A stretch of DNA of 64,000 nucleotides. Origin: Octopus sinensis. Its lineage: Eukaryota. Location: NCBI RefSeq assembly GCF_006345805.1, contig NC_043001.1, forward strand, positions 81,282,001 through 81,346,000, read 5' to 3'. Every line of letters begins with the position of its first letter. Within the stretch, counting starts at the first letter, position 1. Under the pieces are notes generated by a model. That model worked only from the letters and a program-made list of their open reading frames with translations. It was not told the DNA's origin and made no database searches. The translations under genes were made by a program, and so were the position numbers. Shown in pieces: positions 1-12,771 of this stretch.

Positions 1-272
1 TGATAGCAGTCCATCATATATGTGTGTGTTTGTCCCCACACTATCACCTGACAACCGGTGTTGGCGTGTTTATATCCCTGTGGCTTAGTAGTTCATCAAA
101 AGAGACCAATAGAATAAATACTATGCTTACAAAGAATAAGTCCTGGGGTCAATTTCTTCAACTAAAACCCCTTAAGGCAGTGTTCCAGCATGGCCACAGT
201 CAAATGACTGAAACAAATCAAAGAAATAAAGAGTTTGGTCCCCTATGCTAACAATTCTACCATTTTGCCAAC

Positions 273-459
273 TTAACCCTTTAGTATTCAGATTCCTTTG
301 TCCAATTTATTGCTTATTTTTTCACAGCTTTCAATTTATCAGACGTTCTCTTGTAGCTTCAATATTGTGATGATGTGATTGTATATTTTTATTTAGAATG
401 ACATTGTAGGGTAAGTGTGGGAGGTTGGATCTGGTCAGTTTAAACACATAAAGGATTAA
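273..459. mobile_element. TTAA-flanked MITE (piggyBac-type ends), decayed
   Basis: Bounded by TTAA-CCCTTTAG and ATAAAGGA-TTAA. Related sequence recurs in opposite orientation at ~8190-8390, with a fragment at ~59550-59625. Confidence 0.55.
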
Positions 460-1412
460 GATGGTTGTGTAATATCCATAATTGCAGTTGGTCACACTTG
501 GTAATCGAGCAAGAAAGTGTAATGAGAGTTGTTTCAGATAGGACCCTTTGGAGATGTTTGAAGAGTCTACCCTCTTGATTCTACCATGAATAGTAGGCAG
601 CAAAATGGCTGAATTGACTTGTATAGGTGTTAATTGAATTTCCTGAGAGGTCACTCAAGATACCTGAGACCAGCTACTAACTGGGCTTATTACAAAGTTA
701 CTTTATTTGCTTGTAATCTGCTATTTGTTCAATAATTAGTAAATTGAGTGACTTCCCATTAATTTCGGTATCACCGAAGTTATCCAAGAGTAGGGACTTC
801 TTCATTAATTGAAGAATGCTAAGTTAATTGAGCGACACATCATCGGTTGAGCTGTTACTCATCTTGCTTCAGATAATATCTAAGACTTGCATTGTTCATT
901 GAGAAAATAATATGAAGTGAATGAGCTGTATGGTATTTAACCATGTCACATTTAATTCCAGTGAGTGAGGTGTTAGTAATTAATAAAGGGTATCAGTATT
1001 TTAATTAATAAATGGAATGTTTGCGTTATTAAAAGTATAATCCTTTAAGTCATTAGTGAGGGCGATTTGAGATCCTTATCATCATCACAAACTATATATC
1101 TATCACTCACTAAATTAAAAATGAATTGTAAATTGATCTTCTGTGGCTTGTTATTCATTAGTAAATTAGGTGAGTTAGAGATTATTAATTAATTGATTGA
1201 TTAGGTAATTAAAATTGAGTGTCACTTTATTATTAAACGACATCCTAGGCTGGTTAGTTGAGTGGAACAATATTACAGTAACATACTTACAGTAGGCCAA
1301 TGCATTTTTCGTTTATTTGGGCCACCATGAGTTTAGTGTGACACTGCTTTATATCAGTCATCACTTTCAGACTGCAATTAGAACCAGAGCAGTGATGAAA
1401 TAAGGCAGATAA

Positions 1413-1413
<1 letters not shown>

Positions 1414-1463
<50 letters not shown>
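1414..1463. repeat. (CA)25 microsatellite
   Basis: Perfect dinucleotide run. Confidence 0.97.
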
Positions 1464-1466
<3 letters not shown>

Positions 1467-1989
1467 GGTTAAGAAGCTTGCTTCCTGACCACATAATCTC
1501 AAGCTCTGACCCACTGCATGTTATCTTAGGCAAGTGTCTTCTATAGCTTCAGGCTGTCCAAAGCCTTGTGAGTGAATTTGGTAGGTGGAAACTGTAAGAA
1601 GCCTCTCTGTATACATCTGTATGTGTGCATATGTGTGTGTGAATATAATCCACTAAAACATAATGGTATTGTCCCAGCATGCCCCATAGTCCAATGACTA
1701 TAACCAGTAAAGGAAGAATAAAAGGTACATATGTATACACCACATTTGTACAAATATATCTTGCATGAAAGAAAAAAAATCACAAAAATACAGAGATGAA
1801 GAAAAATTATATAAGGAAAGATTATATATCTTAGATGCACAATTGTGGCTGAGTACAACATGGTTTGAGGCGCAACTCACTGTGTGACACCTTGGATAAG
1901 TGTCTTCTGCTGTAGCTCTGGGCTAACCAATGTCGTGTGAGTGAATTTGGTAAACAGAAACTGTGTGGAAGCCTGTCTATCTATCTGTC

Positions 1990-2085
1990 TGATTAATTAT
2001 CTAGATAGATAGATTATAGATTGATAGTTAGAGAGAGAGAGAGAGATTATAGATAAATAGATAGATTATAGATAGATAGATAGAG

Positions 2086-2136
<51 letters not shown>

Positions 2137-2185
2137 GATAGATAGATAGATGAGATGGATTGTTAGATAGATAGATTGATAGATG
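1990..2185. repeat. (GATA)n/(GA)n compound microsatellite
   Basis: Direct reading of the sequence. Confidence 0.95.
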
Positions 2186-3633
2186 GATGTTTGTGTGTGT
2201 GTGTGTGTTTTATGTCTGTTCTCCTTTAAGTACTGAGGTCAATTTGTTAATCTAAAACCTATCAAACCAGCACTCCAGTATGGCCACAGTCCATTGACTG
2301 AAACAAGTAAAAGGGAAAAAGAGGGAAAAGACAGAATAAAATGACAGAGTGAGAGAAGGAAAGAAAGACAGAAAGAATACAAATAAGGAAGAAAAACAAA
2401 CAGAATGTAATTTTCTCTTGGAATGTTCTGTGGGATTTATTGAATGGTTAGTGTGAATCTTTTTGGGGGGTTTTTCTTTTATTGGAGATGGTGATAGTAG
2501 TACTTTGAGCCAATGGTGTTAGTTGTACTTAGAGCGCACTTGATTAAGGTTTTTGCAGTAATGAGATGCATGAGAAAGAGCTATCCATCTGGAAGGATTT
2601 TGCTATATGTTGGCAGTATGGTTGGCTGGGATTAAGGGGCACCTTTTTTTAAACTTTTTTCGTTTTTTGGTTTTTAAATGAATGATGGATATTGTGGTAA
2701 AGTTTGAAGAGTTAGAATAAACTGGTATGCATTGAATATATATTTGTGTGTGTGTATATATATGTGTGTACAGTTGTATGTATTTGTGTAATTACACTTT
2801 ATATAAATGTTTGTGTGTGAGTATATTACATTTGTATGTATGCGTTTGTGCATACATCTATGAGTGTATATATACATCTGTGAATATGTAAATGCATGCA
2901 CACACACATTCACACACACACGCACACACATTCACTCACACACATATATGAGAAAGAGAGAGTGAAATAGGAAGATAGATTAATACAGCTTTCAGGATTT
3001 CATTTTCTCCTTGGCTTACTTGACTTGTGGTCTTCATTTAATCTATTTAAATTTTTTTTTGTAATCCATTAGAACACTCTCTGGTGACAGTTTTCTCCAG
3101 TTGTTATATTCCTTACCATTCCTACTACCACTATAACTATTACTTACAATTCTCATGGCATCTACATTTGATAAATGGTGTTGAAAAATCCAGCTGGATT
3201 ATTCTTATAGTCCTTTGTTCATTTATAATTTAGACAACTTGGTTTTGTTGTGTTAAGTAAGATAGTATCTTATTATTTATTCTTAGGTAGACTGTTGATA
3301 GCAAAAGATATCTCGAACATAGGACAAAATGTTTTGTCCCTTCAAATTATCAACATCTCTCTTCAAATTACCAACTCCTTTCTTCAAATGTATGTCATGT
3401 GCCCGCTCATAGATCACAATTTCAAATCTGCTGTGGTTATTTCACAGTTTTCTGACCAGAATATTTTATCATATATTAACTATAGGTCTAGGTGTGGATG
3501 TTCCCAAGCAATCAGTTCTGGGTTCAATCTTGCTGCATGGCAACTTGGGTAAATGTTTTCTACTATTGTCCTGAGTTGACTAATGCCTTGTGAGTGAATC
3601 TGGTATTTAGAAACCAAAGAAGTCATATGATAT

Positions 3634-3791
3634 AGGGTGTGGGTGTGGCTGTGTGATAAGAAGCTTGCTTCCCAACTTGATGGTTCCGTCCCACTGTGTA
3701 GCACCTTGAGCAAGTGTCTTTTACTATAGCTTTGGGCCAACCAAAGCTTTGTGAGTGGATTTGGTAAACAGAAACTGAAAGAAGCCTGTCG

Positions 3792-3823
<32 letters not shown>

Positions 3824-4078
3824 TATGTATGTGTGTCTGTGTATATGTATATATTTATGTGTGTGTCTGTCTGTCTGTTTGTCCCCCCAATATCACTTGA
3901 CAACTGATGATGGTATGTTTATATCCCCATAACTTAGCAGTGCAGCAAAAGGGACCAATAGTATAAGTACTAGGCTTACAAAGAATAAGTCCTGGGGTTG
4001 CTTTCTTCGACTAAAACTCTTTAAGGTGGTGCTCCAGCATGGCCATGATCAAAATGACTGAAACAAGTAAAAAGAATA
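3634..4078 (+). mobile_element. tRNA-derived SINE family A with internal (TA)/(TG) microsatellite
   Basis: Same head, body and tail as the copy at 60130-60540. Further partial copies at ~20-235, 1460-1620, 1845-1980 and 57130-57500. Confidence 0.85.
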
Positions 4079-7000
4079 CATATATTACTCTTATACAAGA
4101 ATGTTGTCAATGACTTAAAAATTTCAGCCAGCTAAGCTGACATCAGGTAGTCTGACAATGGCTTAGCTGACCATAACTTTGAAGTCACTGTCAACAACAT
4201 TCTTGTAAAAGAATGATAAATTTGTACTCTACAAAAGTATAGGGTAACCCATCAGATTAATATTAAATTGTTTTTAATATAACCGAACATAAAAATAATC
4301 ACACGGATATATATATATTTAAATATGTATACATTCATGTGCAGCTCTGAGTTGATGTCTCCTTGTCTCAACATCATGTGACTGTTGGGAGCGTCACCAT
4401 CATGCAACCTGAGCTGTTCATTTCCAATCTTCCATCAAAACATGTCCAGTCAATGGCAAAATGTTACTTTACTTAGAAACAGGTGAAAATTATTAGAAAA
4501 TTTACCTCATCAAATTCCACCTGACCATCCATGCAAGCAAGGGGAAAAATGGACTGACGTTAAAACAAACAACGAATGAACTATATCTTACCTCATTGTA
4601 AGGAATATGATGTGATTATCATGTGATCTGTGAATGTCACAGAGCTGTAAATTATCCCAGAAGAGTTTAATCTTCCATCATCAGTTTTACACAGGAAACT
4701 AAATTGACACTTTAAAAAGTATCAGGAAGTTTTAGGAGATATCTTTTTTATCAAGAGTAGGTAGCAACTGTAGAGGATAAATATGAGATTACCTGGGAGA
4801 AGTTGGCTTCTGATAAGATGACATCTTGGCTAGAAGAAGCATCAGATGCACACACATTTATGTACATATGTATGTGTGTATTCCTCTTTGTGCTGTTCTC
4901 CATCATTAATATCTTGTTTATCTGCTATTGTTCAATGCCCAGTCATCCACTGCAACCTCCACCCCCTAAGCTTCTATATTTCTCTCCACCATTTACTAGT
5001 CACCTCATTCTGCCCACTCACCCAGCCTAAACCTCAATATCACCTCACCTATTCCCACTACCCCAGACGTCCCTCAAGGGCATTTTCCAGCACATCTTCA
5101 CCACCATCTCTCTTACCATTGTCCTCTTTATCTTACTCTCTAACTCATTCTCCTTTCTCTTCCGACTGGGGTCTCCATGTATCTACTCTACAACAAGTCA
5201 CCTATCTCCATCGCTAAATCGTTAATCGCTTAATCAAGTGGCACCAAGCCACCTCACTCAATATTACTCCCTCCTTGCAGTTGAGATGTTTTCATCTTAC
5301 AAGTTACATGGTGACCCTGTTGGTGTTAGTGTCACATAAAAAGGCTCCAGTATACTGAGAAGCGGCATTAGGAAGGACATCCAGCAAAGGAAACCATGCC
5401 ACAACAAACAATGGGGCTTGGTGTGACTCCAAGCCTTGCCAGCTCCTATCAAACTGTCCAACTCATGCCAGCACAGAAAATAGACATTAGGTGATGTTGA
5501 CAATGATGATGATATACATATGTATGTATATGACAGCTTCTTTAAGTGTCCTACCAAATTCACTCACAAGACTTCTGAATGGATTTGGAAGATGGAAACA
5601 GAAAAAAGCCTGTCATGTGTGTGTACAGATATACAGATATGTATGCATGTGTGTGTGTCTGTGTGGTTAAATTCACTTTCTGATCATGTTTTTACAGGTT
5701 CAGTCCCACTGTTGGTTGGCTTAGGGATATAGTAGAAAACACTTGTCCAAGGTCTCACTCAATGGGATTTAACCTAAAATTATATGGCTATGAAATGAAC
5801 CTCTCAATTACACAGCCATAACTTCAACTGTGTGCTTGTGTGTGTGTGTGTGTTTGTATGTTTGTGTGTATGTAAAATGAATCTGGTATAAATTATGATG
5901 GGTTTTCTATTGCTGTGGCCCATTTCTAATGTCCTTTAGGGTAAATATTTTCTTTCTCTTATTACATCTTGAATATTCATGTCTGTATAAACACACACAC
6001 ACACTTACTTACAAACTGTTATGATATAAAGATATACCTAAACGCAGTTTTCAAGTGATAAGTAGGATGTGAGACTATCTTAGAGAGTGTTCATTAAATT
6101 CAAGCACATTCATGAATACACACATACACATTTAAATATATATGCACATTTACACATCTACACATTCAAATACACATACACACATTTACATGCACATATG
6201 TACGTTTTGCATGCATACACACATACACAAACACACATTAACACATTTACAAACCTACTCATTCAAATGCACATATAGACATAAACACACATTTACACAC
6301 CTACATATTTGCATGGACACAAACACACACACACACACACATACATACATAAACACACATTGACGCATGCATTTAAAACACATGAACACACATGTACTTA
6401 TACACCTACACATTTGTAGACACACATTTACCTGCTTGCACATTTAAACACACACACACACACACACACATACATGCATGCATACATACAATGATTTACA
6501 TTTACAGCTGTGTTATCCACACAATGTCAAATCTCTCTACAATTTATATATTTACGCAGATCATTGGAGTATTATTGTTTTGGCGGGTTTTTGTGTGTTT
6601 TTTGTGTATTTATTTGTTTCCTCCTTTTCGAATTGTTTTTTTATCTTTGTTTTTCTTTTTTCTTTTCCTTTTAAACGCGGGTGCATTTATTTTTACTGCC
6701 AAAACTGTTCATCCGTAAAGTGAGAATGGCAGTTATTTCACAGCTAAGATTACTGAGCTAAACTAAGTAATGCACCTTGCCTTAGGGGGTTAAAGCACAC
6801 ATAGATACCTGTGTATGTATGTATGCATGTGTGTGTGTGTGTACACACATACATACTTGTGCATATAGATATATATGTATGTGTGTGTATGGATCCGCCT
6901 GCGTAATCAGTAGCTATAACAAAACTCTTGAAGTAATGATCCATTGTCTTTGTGTTGCTTTGGAATTAACCAATCATAACACTCTACTATGGTTGGTTAC

Positions 7001-7268
7001 TTTTCACCAAATTAACCAATCAGCTTCTTGAAAACTGCTAGTATCAATTATAGTGAAATTGCAGATTTCTCTGTAGGGATTTTTTTTTTATACTTCTTCA
7101 GTTTTCTTCTTTTTCTCCCTTTTTCTTTTAGAACTTCTTATTCGTCTTCATATATATATATATATATATAATATATAAAATATTATTTGAGACAAAACCA
7201 CTATTTTGCAAAACAAACAAGGAAAGACTTAATCAATACATAAAATTTAATAATAGTCAAAAAAACCG

Positions 7269-7311
7269 CCACTACAATCGTTTCTTGTCTTGATCGACAA
7301 TCTTCAGGTGG
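7269..7311 (-). ncRNA. Mirror copy of the minimal hammerhead ribozyme motif
   Basis: Exact reverse complement of 7359-7401 in the left palindrome arm. Confidence 0.7.
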
Positions 7312-7358
7312 ACTTCCAATAATTCAGTTACAAATTTTGTAACTGAATTATTGGAAGT

Positions 7359-7401
7359 CCACCTGAAGATTGTCGATCAAGACAAGAAACGATTGTAGTG
7401 G
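7359..7401 (+). ncRNA. Minimal type I hammerhead ribozyme motif
   Basis: CCAC-CUGAAGA-UUGUC(gaucaa)GACAA-GAAA-C(gauu)G-UA-GUGG. Full catalytic core, 4-bp stem I, 5-bp stem II, minimal stem III and a GUA cleavage triplet ending at 7397. Confidence 0.7.
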
Positions 7402-8649
7402 CGGTTTTTTTGACTATTTATTAAATTTTATGTATTGATTAAGTCTTTCCTTGTTTGTTTTGCAAAATAGTGGTTTTGTCTCAAATAATATTTTATAATA
7501 TTTTACTATAAAATTGGATTTAATCCTAAATCTGATTTTTTTTCCCTGTAAATTTGGATATATTCCCTAATATTTATTATTTATATATATATATATATAT
7601 ATATATTCTATCTTTGTGTCTTTTATTCAATCTAACTTCTGTCATTCTATCTAACCTTGTCTTTCTATCTTATCTTCTGCTCATCTTTCTAATTGTCCAT
7701 CTGTTTATCTTCAGTTAGGTCTGCATGCAACCCATGCTAGCGTGAAACAAGGGACATCAAATGAAGTTTATGATGATGCCTATAATGATGGTGTGCATTT
7801 ACTGATGAACACACAGCCATATATGCACCTATGATACTTAATCTTATTCTTGGTAAATAGGTATAGGTATGGCTGTATGGTTAAAAAGGTCGCTTTGCAA
7901 TCATGTGGTTTTGGGCTCAGTCACACTGCACAGCATCCTGGCCAAGTGTCATCTACTATAGTCTCATGCCAACTAATAATTTGTGAGTGAATTTGGTTGA
8001 CAGAAAGTGGGTGGAAACATACTGTATTCCTTCATGTGTTTTAATCCAAAGGCTGTGGCCATGCTGAGGCACCACTAATATCATCATCTTTTCAATGGCC
8101 ATTCCTATGTGGTTAGCTTTTGGCAAATGAGGGAGTTTGATTTTGCTGCCCTTGTTTGAGTTTCTTGGCTTTGTGTACATTCATATATCTTAAACAAACC
8201 ATATCTAAATATTCTACCTGTTTTATGTTCAAACAAACCAGATTTGGCCTCTCATACCTAACCTACAATCACATCATAGAAATCTTGAAGTTACAAGATC
8301 AGTTCATGCATGATTAATTCAAAACAATACACAAAAAATTAGCATTACATTTGAACTTGTTGGTAGAAATAGTCTCAGGTAGATTGCTAAAAAAAAATAG
8401 TGAAGTCTTTACTTATTCTGCTACAGAATTGTCTTAGAGTACTTCTTACCCTTACTTCTGGACTATTACTCTGAGCCACTGTCAAGATTATACTCTTTCT
8501 TATTTCTGTAATTTTTAATGTCTCATTAAAGTGAGATTTTGGTATTGTTGTTCTCATTAAGCGTAAATGGTAAAAGTCAATGTTTATAATGAGGAAGGTA
8601 ACAATAGACATTAAAATGGCATTTATTATCAATTCAGCAAATAATAGCC

Positions 8650-8898
8650 ATGTGTGGATGTTTGTCTGTGGATGTGTGTATGCACATGTGTATATATATG
8701 TATGTATATGTGTGTATATGTATATGTGTGCATATATATGTATGCATGTTTGTATATACATGTATGTACATTATATGTATGTATATGTGTATATATATAT
8801 ATGTATATGTGTGCGTGTGTATGTCCATATATGTGTGTGTTTGTGTGTGTATGTCCATATATGTGTGTGTGTATGTCCATATGTGTGTGTGTATGTCC

Positions 8899-8934
<36 letters not shown>

Positions 8935-9017
8935 ATGTCCATATATATGTGTGTGTATGTCCATATATATGTATGTGTGTATATAAGCGCAGACACAAAT
9001 ATATATATATATATATG
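8650..9017. repeat. (TG)/(TA) microsatellite with a TATGTCCATATA minisatellite
   Basis: About six copies of gtgtatgtccatata at 8815-8970. Source of several spurious Y/I/C/V/H/T ORFs. Confidence 0.92.
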
Positions 9018-10216
9018 AAGTGAACAAGCTCAATAACACAACCTGTTAAGTGGATGTGGTGGTGGTGGTGTTCATGATGATGATGGTGAAGACATACAGA
9101 GAGACATTGCTGATAAGTCATGTTTTACTGAAGATCATAACACAAGACATTTTATTTTTATTTTATGTGCCATCCATCTTGTGCATCATCAAAATGTTCC
9201 AATATTTCTGCCAGAGAATATATTCATTCATTCTTTTATTCTTGCTTATATGTTTGCTTGTCCCTCACATTGTCATTTGTGTTTGTATTTGCAATCCTTT
9301 TATCCAACTTCTATACTGTGGAGTACCTCAGTCAAGATGTTTAGCTGCATTATTTGTTTATCTTTTAAGTTCTGGACTCAAATTCCACCATGTTTGATTT
9401 TGCCTTTTATTCTTTTGGGATCAATAAAATTAATTACCAATCAAGTACAGGTGTTGATATAATTGACTCCCCACCACCACTCAAAGACAACTGGCCCTGA
9501 ACCAAAATTTGAAATCATTATTTGCTTATGTTTTACTTTTTTCATGTGGTCAACCCCCTTTTTTTTTCTTATTAACGTTTCCTACTTGGCCTATTGGTTA
9601 CTTTTGCTGAACTGCTAAATTATGGGGATGTAAACAAACCAACACCAGTTGTCAAGCAGTGATGGTGGACAGACACGGAGAGGCATGCATGCAAGCACAC
9701 ACACAAACACACACAGAGCTGGCTTCCACATAGTTTCCATTTATGAAATTCATTCATAAAGCATTGGTTGGCCCAGGGCTGCAATAGAAGTCATTTGCCC
9801 AAGGTGTTGCCCTGTGGGATTGAACCTGAAACCACATAATTGCAAAGCAAGCTTCTTAACTATGCAACCTTATCTGTGCCTACATAAATATGAATTTATA
9901 CAAAGCCATAGTATTTATTTTTATTTGTTATCAAAATAACATCATTTTATATGTATGTACGTATATATATGTACACAAGGGAGTGCTGGAAAACTTCTGG
10001 ATTTAAGGGTTTTGCGAAAGGCCTGGCTGGAGGCCCAACTTTCTGAATTCTTTTACAAGGCTTAGAAAAACTGAAGGATCGCCACAATAAGTGTGTGAAT
10101 CTGACAGGGGCATATGTTGAATAAATTCATAATTAACTCATGCTCCTGTATTTTCTCTTGCCCAAAACCAAGAACTTTTCAACATCCCTCATGTGCATGT
10201 ATGTGTGTGTGTATAT

Positions 10217-11180
10217 CATCATCATCATTTAACGTCCGCTTTCCATGCTAGCATGGGTTGGACGGTTCAACTGGGGTCTGGGGAGCCCAAAGGCTGCACC
10301 AGGCCAGTCAGATCTGGCAGTGTTTCTACAGCTGGATGCCCTTCCTAACGCCAACCACTCCGAGAGTGTAGTGGGTGATTTTATGTGCCACCGACACAGG
10401 TGCCAGACGAGGCTGGCGAACGGCCACGCTCGGATGGTGTTTTTATGTGCCACCGACACAGGTGCCAGACGAGGCCGGCGAACGGCCACGCTCGGATGGT
10501 GTTTTTATGTGCCACCGACACAGGTGCCAGACGAGGCTGACGAACGGCCACGATCGGATGGTGTTTCTTACGTGCCCACAGCACGGAGGCCAGTCGATGC
10601 GGTACTGGCTACGGCCACGTTCGGATGGTTTTCTTGTGTGCCACCGGCACTGGTACCACAAAGATACAAATTCCATTGATGTTCATCTATTTTGATTTGA
10701 TTTGATTTTCACTTGCCTCAACAGGTCTTCACAAGTGTCACAAGAAGGAAGGAAGGTATGCACAGGTGAACTGACAACGTCCCAGGTAGGGGCCACGGGT
10801 TATGGCCTGACTAGTCTTGCCGGGTCTTCGGATGATGTTTTTATGTGCCTCCGACACAGGTGCCAGATGGATGGTGTTTGTTACGTGCCCACAGCACGGA
10901 GGCCAGTCGATGCGGTACTGGCTACGGCCACGTTCGGATGGTTTTCTTGTGTGCCACCGGCACTGGTACACAAAGATACAAATTCCATTGATGTTCATCT
11001 ATTTTGATTTGATTTGATTTGATTTGATCACTTGTCTCAACAGGTCTTCACAAGTGTCACAAGAAGGAAGGTATGCACAGGTGAACTGACTACGTCCCAG
11101 GTAGAGGCCACGGGTTATGGCCTGACTAGTCTTGCCGGGTCTTCGGATGGTGTTTTTATGTGCCACCGACACAGGTGGCA
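10217..11180 (-). mobile_element. Family B non-autonomous retroelement ((GAT)n tail), young expanded copy with internal tandem modules
   Basis: Tail and body match 24670-25003 and 25365-25669. Three ~62-bp tandem modules at 10380-10564 and a ~312-bp tandem duplication (10558-10869 vs 10870-11177). CpG-rich. Confidence 0.85.
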
Positions 11181-12662
11181 CATATATATATATTATATAT
11201 ATATGAGAGAGAGATTCATACACACACACTTGCTCTTCTGGTTCACTGTGTTACTCCTACTTCCATCTTCCTTGTTCATGGTACCAACTAGACCTCATCT
11301 GAGGCCATTCCTGGTTTTGTAATACAAACTTGTTGTTTTAAAGTGATATAAATTAAGACATTCTACCAATATTTCAGGTTAATTTATGTTCCAAACCTGC
11401 TCAGTGATGACAAAATTATTTTGACATACAATAATTATTATTTAACTTTAATCAAATTTCTAGATCCTTATGCAAATTGATGAAATGAATACTAATTTTC
11501 AAAAGAAAAATATTTATTACTTAAAATTAAATAAAACAAATTTCTCGTTTGTATAATTGCAATAAATATGGGTGACAAGTGTTGTAAATTTTATCAACAG
11601 ATGCAATCTACTCTATTGAAAATCTATCTTAGCATAATTTCATTTTTAAAAAAATGTGTAATTTTTTGGAAGTTATAAGAATCAAAATAGGTAGTAAGAC
11701 ATCAAACTGGAGTTATGCCTTTCTCTCTTTCATCAAGCCTAGTGTGTGCACTTATCCTGTAGGTCTCTTTTACTCTTTCTCTCCTTTTCTCTATGTGATG
11801 TAAATTCCATCAGGAGAATTCATCCAACCTACCAACCAATCTTTATATAGGCGATTATTATGTAGAGACTGCTAATGACAAAGATATTCTCATTCTTTCA
11901 AAGAATTATTTGAAACAAAGACAATGTATCTCAACAGAAATATAGTAACAAAGGGGTTAATTGGTTATAAAGCCAGTTGTTGTAAAGTTGCTATATTGTC
12001 CAATAACTCAGACCTAATATGCTATTGCTGCTCATCTTGTTATATTTACTGCCAGAGGGATCGAACCTAAAGTTGATCCTTGTTCAAGGGTCAGCTTTAA
12101 AGGTCAGTATTGACAGCTGGGTGGGGGGAGGCCATGTTTATGTGGTTATCCAGGGGTCAATAAATATATATTTCAACAATATGAATATAATGTAAATGAA
12201 TTTTTATTATTCTTTATCACTTCTGTTAAGTATTTTCATCAAGTTTCTTTAAATATTTTATATTAAAATGCCATAATGAATACAAAAGAATTGAGGAATT
12301 ATTGTTCTTAAATCAAGGAATTTTTTGTTATACTTCTTAATTTTCTTACAGAATTTTACATAATGGGTGTCAATTAGTTATCAATGGTTCCACAGAAATG
12401 GATCAATGATACGAGAAGTTTGGGGTCCCCTGTCTCAGATTTGATATTAGATTGTGTTGGCAGAGATAATAGAACAGCACCAGAACTGATCTCACTTTTG
12501 AGCAATTATTACTGTTTTAATTGTGTAAACTTGTTATACACCCTCCCTTAAAAAAAAAAAGAAGCAAAAAACAACATTACTTATGGCTACCTTGAATACA
12601 GGGTATCCTATCTTTCCATGTTATGAAATACTGTTCTACATAAGTCTCCTTTTTCATTTCAG

Positions 12663-12771
12663 TTGCATGCATTGTATCCAGAGCAAGTTTCCTTGTAACT
12701 GGTGCATCAAAGAACATTTATGCACCACAAACAAGACGAAAAACAGTTCAGACATTGTTCTTGGAAATGCT
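12663..12771 (+). CDS. PLXN: Plexin exon, PSI domain (phase 2-0)
   Basis: Acceptor ttttcatttcag, donor gtaagt. Encodes CMHCIQSKFPCNWCIKEHLCTTNKTKNSSDIVLGNA with the CxxC...CxWC...C PSI signature. Confidence 0.92.

Larger units (their letters stand above)
7174..7580. mobile_element. Fold-back non-coding element with hammerhead motifs, embedded in (TA)n; Penelope-like/retrozyme-type candidate
   Basis: Inverted arms 7174-7334 and 7336-7497 (1-nt spacer, one indel). The right side extends ~80 nt to (TA)n at ~7582. The left flank is (TA)n at 7150-7173. Confidence 0.6.

Noticed and set aside
331-654. 107-aa minus-strand ORF superficially like a Penelope RT thumb (LPHLPY...HNI)
   Set aside because: The suggestive segment lies within the TTAA-flanked MITE (273-459), which recurs as non-coding sequence elsewhere. 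No RT motifs upstream.
10380-10640. Tandem ~62-bp repeats resembling a CRISPR array
   Set aside because: Units are contiguous with no unique spacers, the context is eukaryotic, and they are internal modules of a dispersed retroelement.
10229-11322. GC-rich ORFs of 66-144 aa on both strands
   Set aside because: They arise from the CpG-rich family B repeat, have no splice or domain support, and are open in several frames.
12056-12102. AG...GT-bounded 47-nt candidate exon upstream of the first plexin exon
   Set aside because: The frame needed to join the phase-2 acceptor at 12663 contains TAA, and there is no plexin similarity. The preceding real exon was not found in 1-12662.
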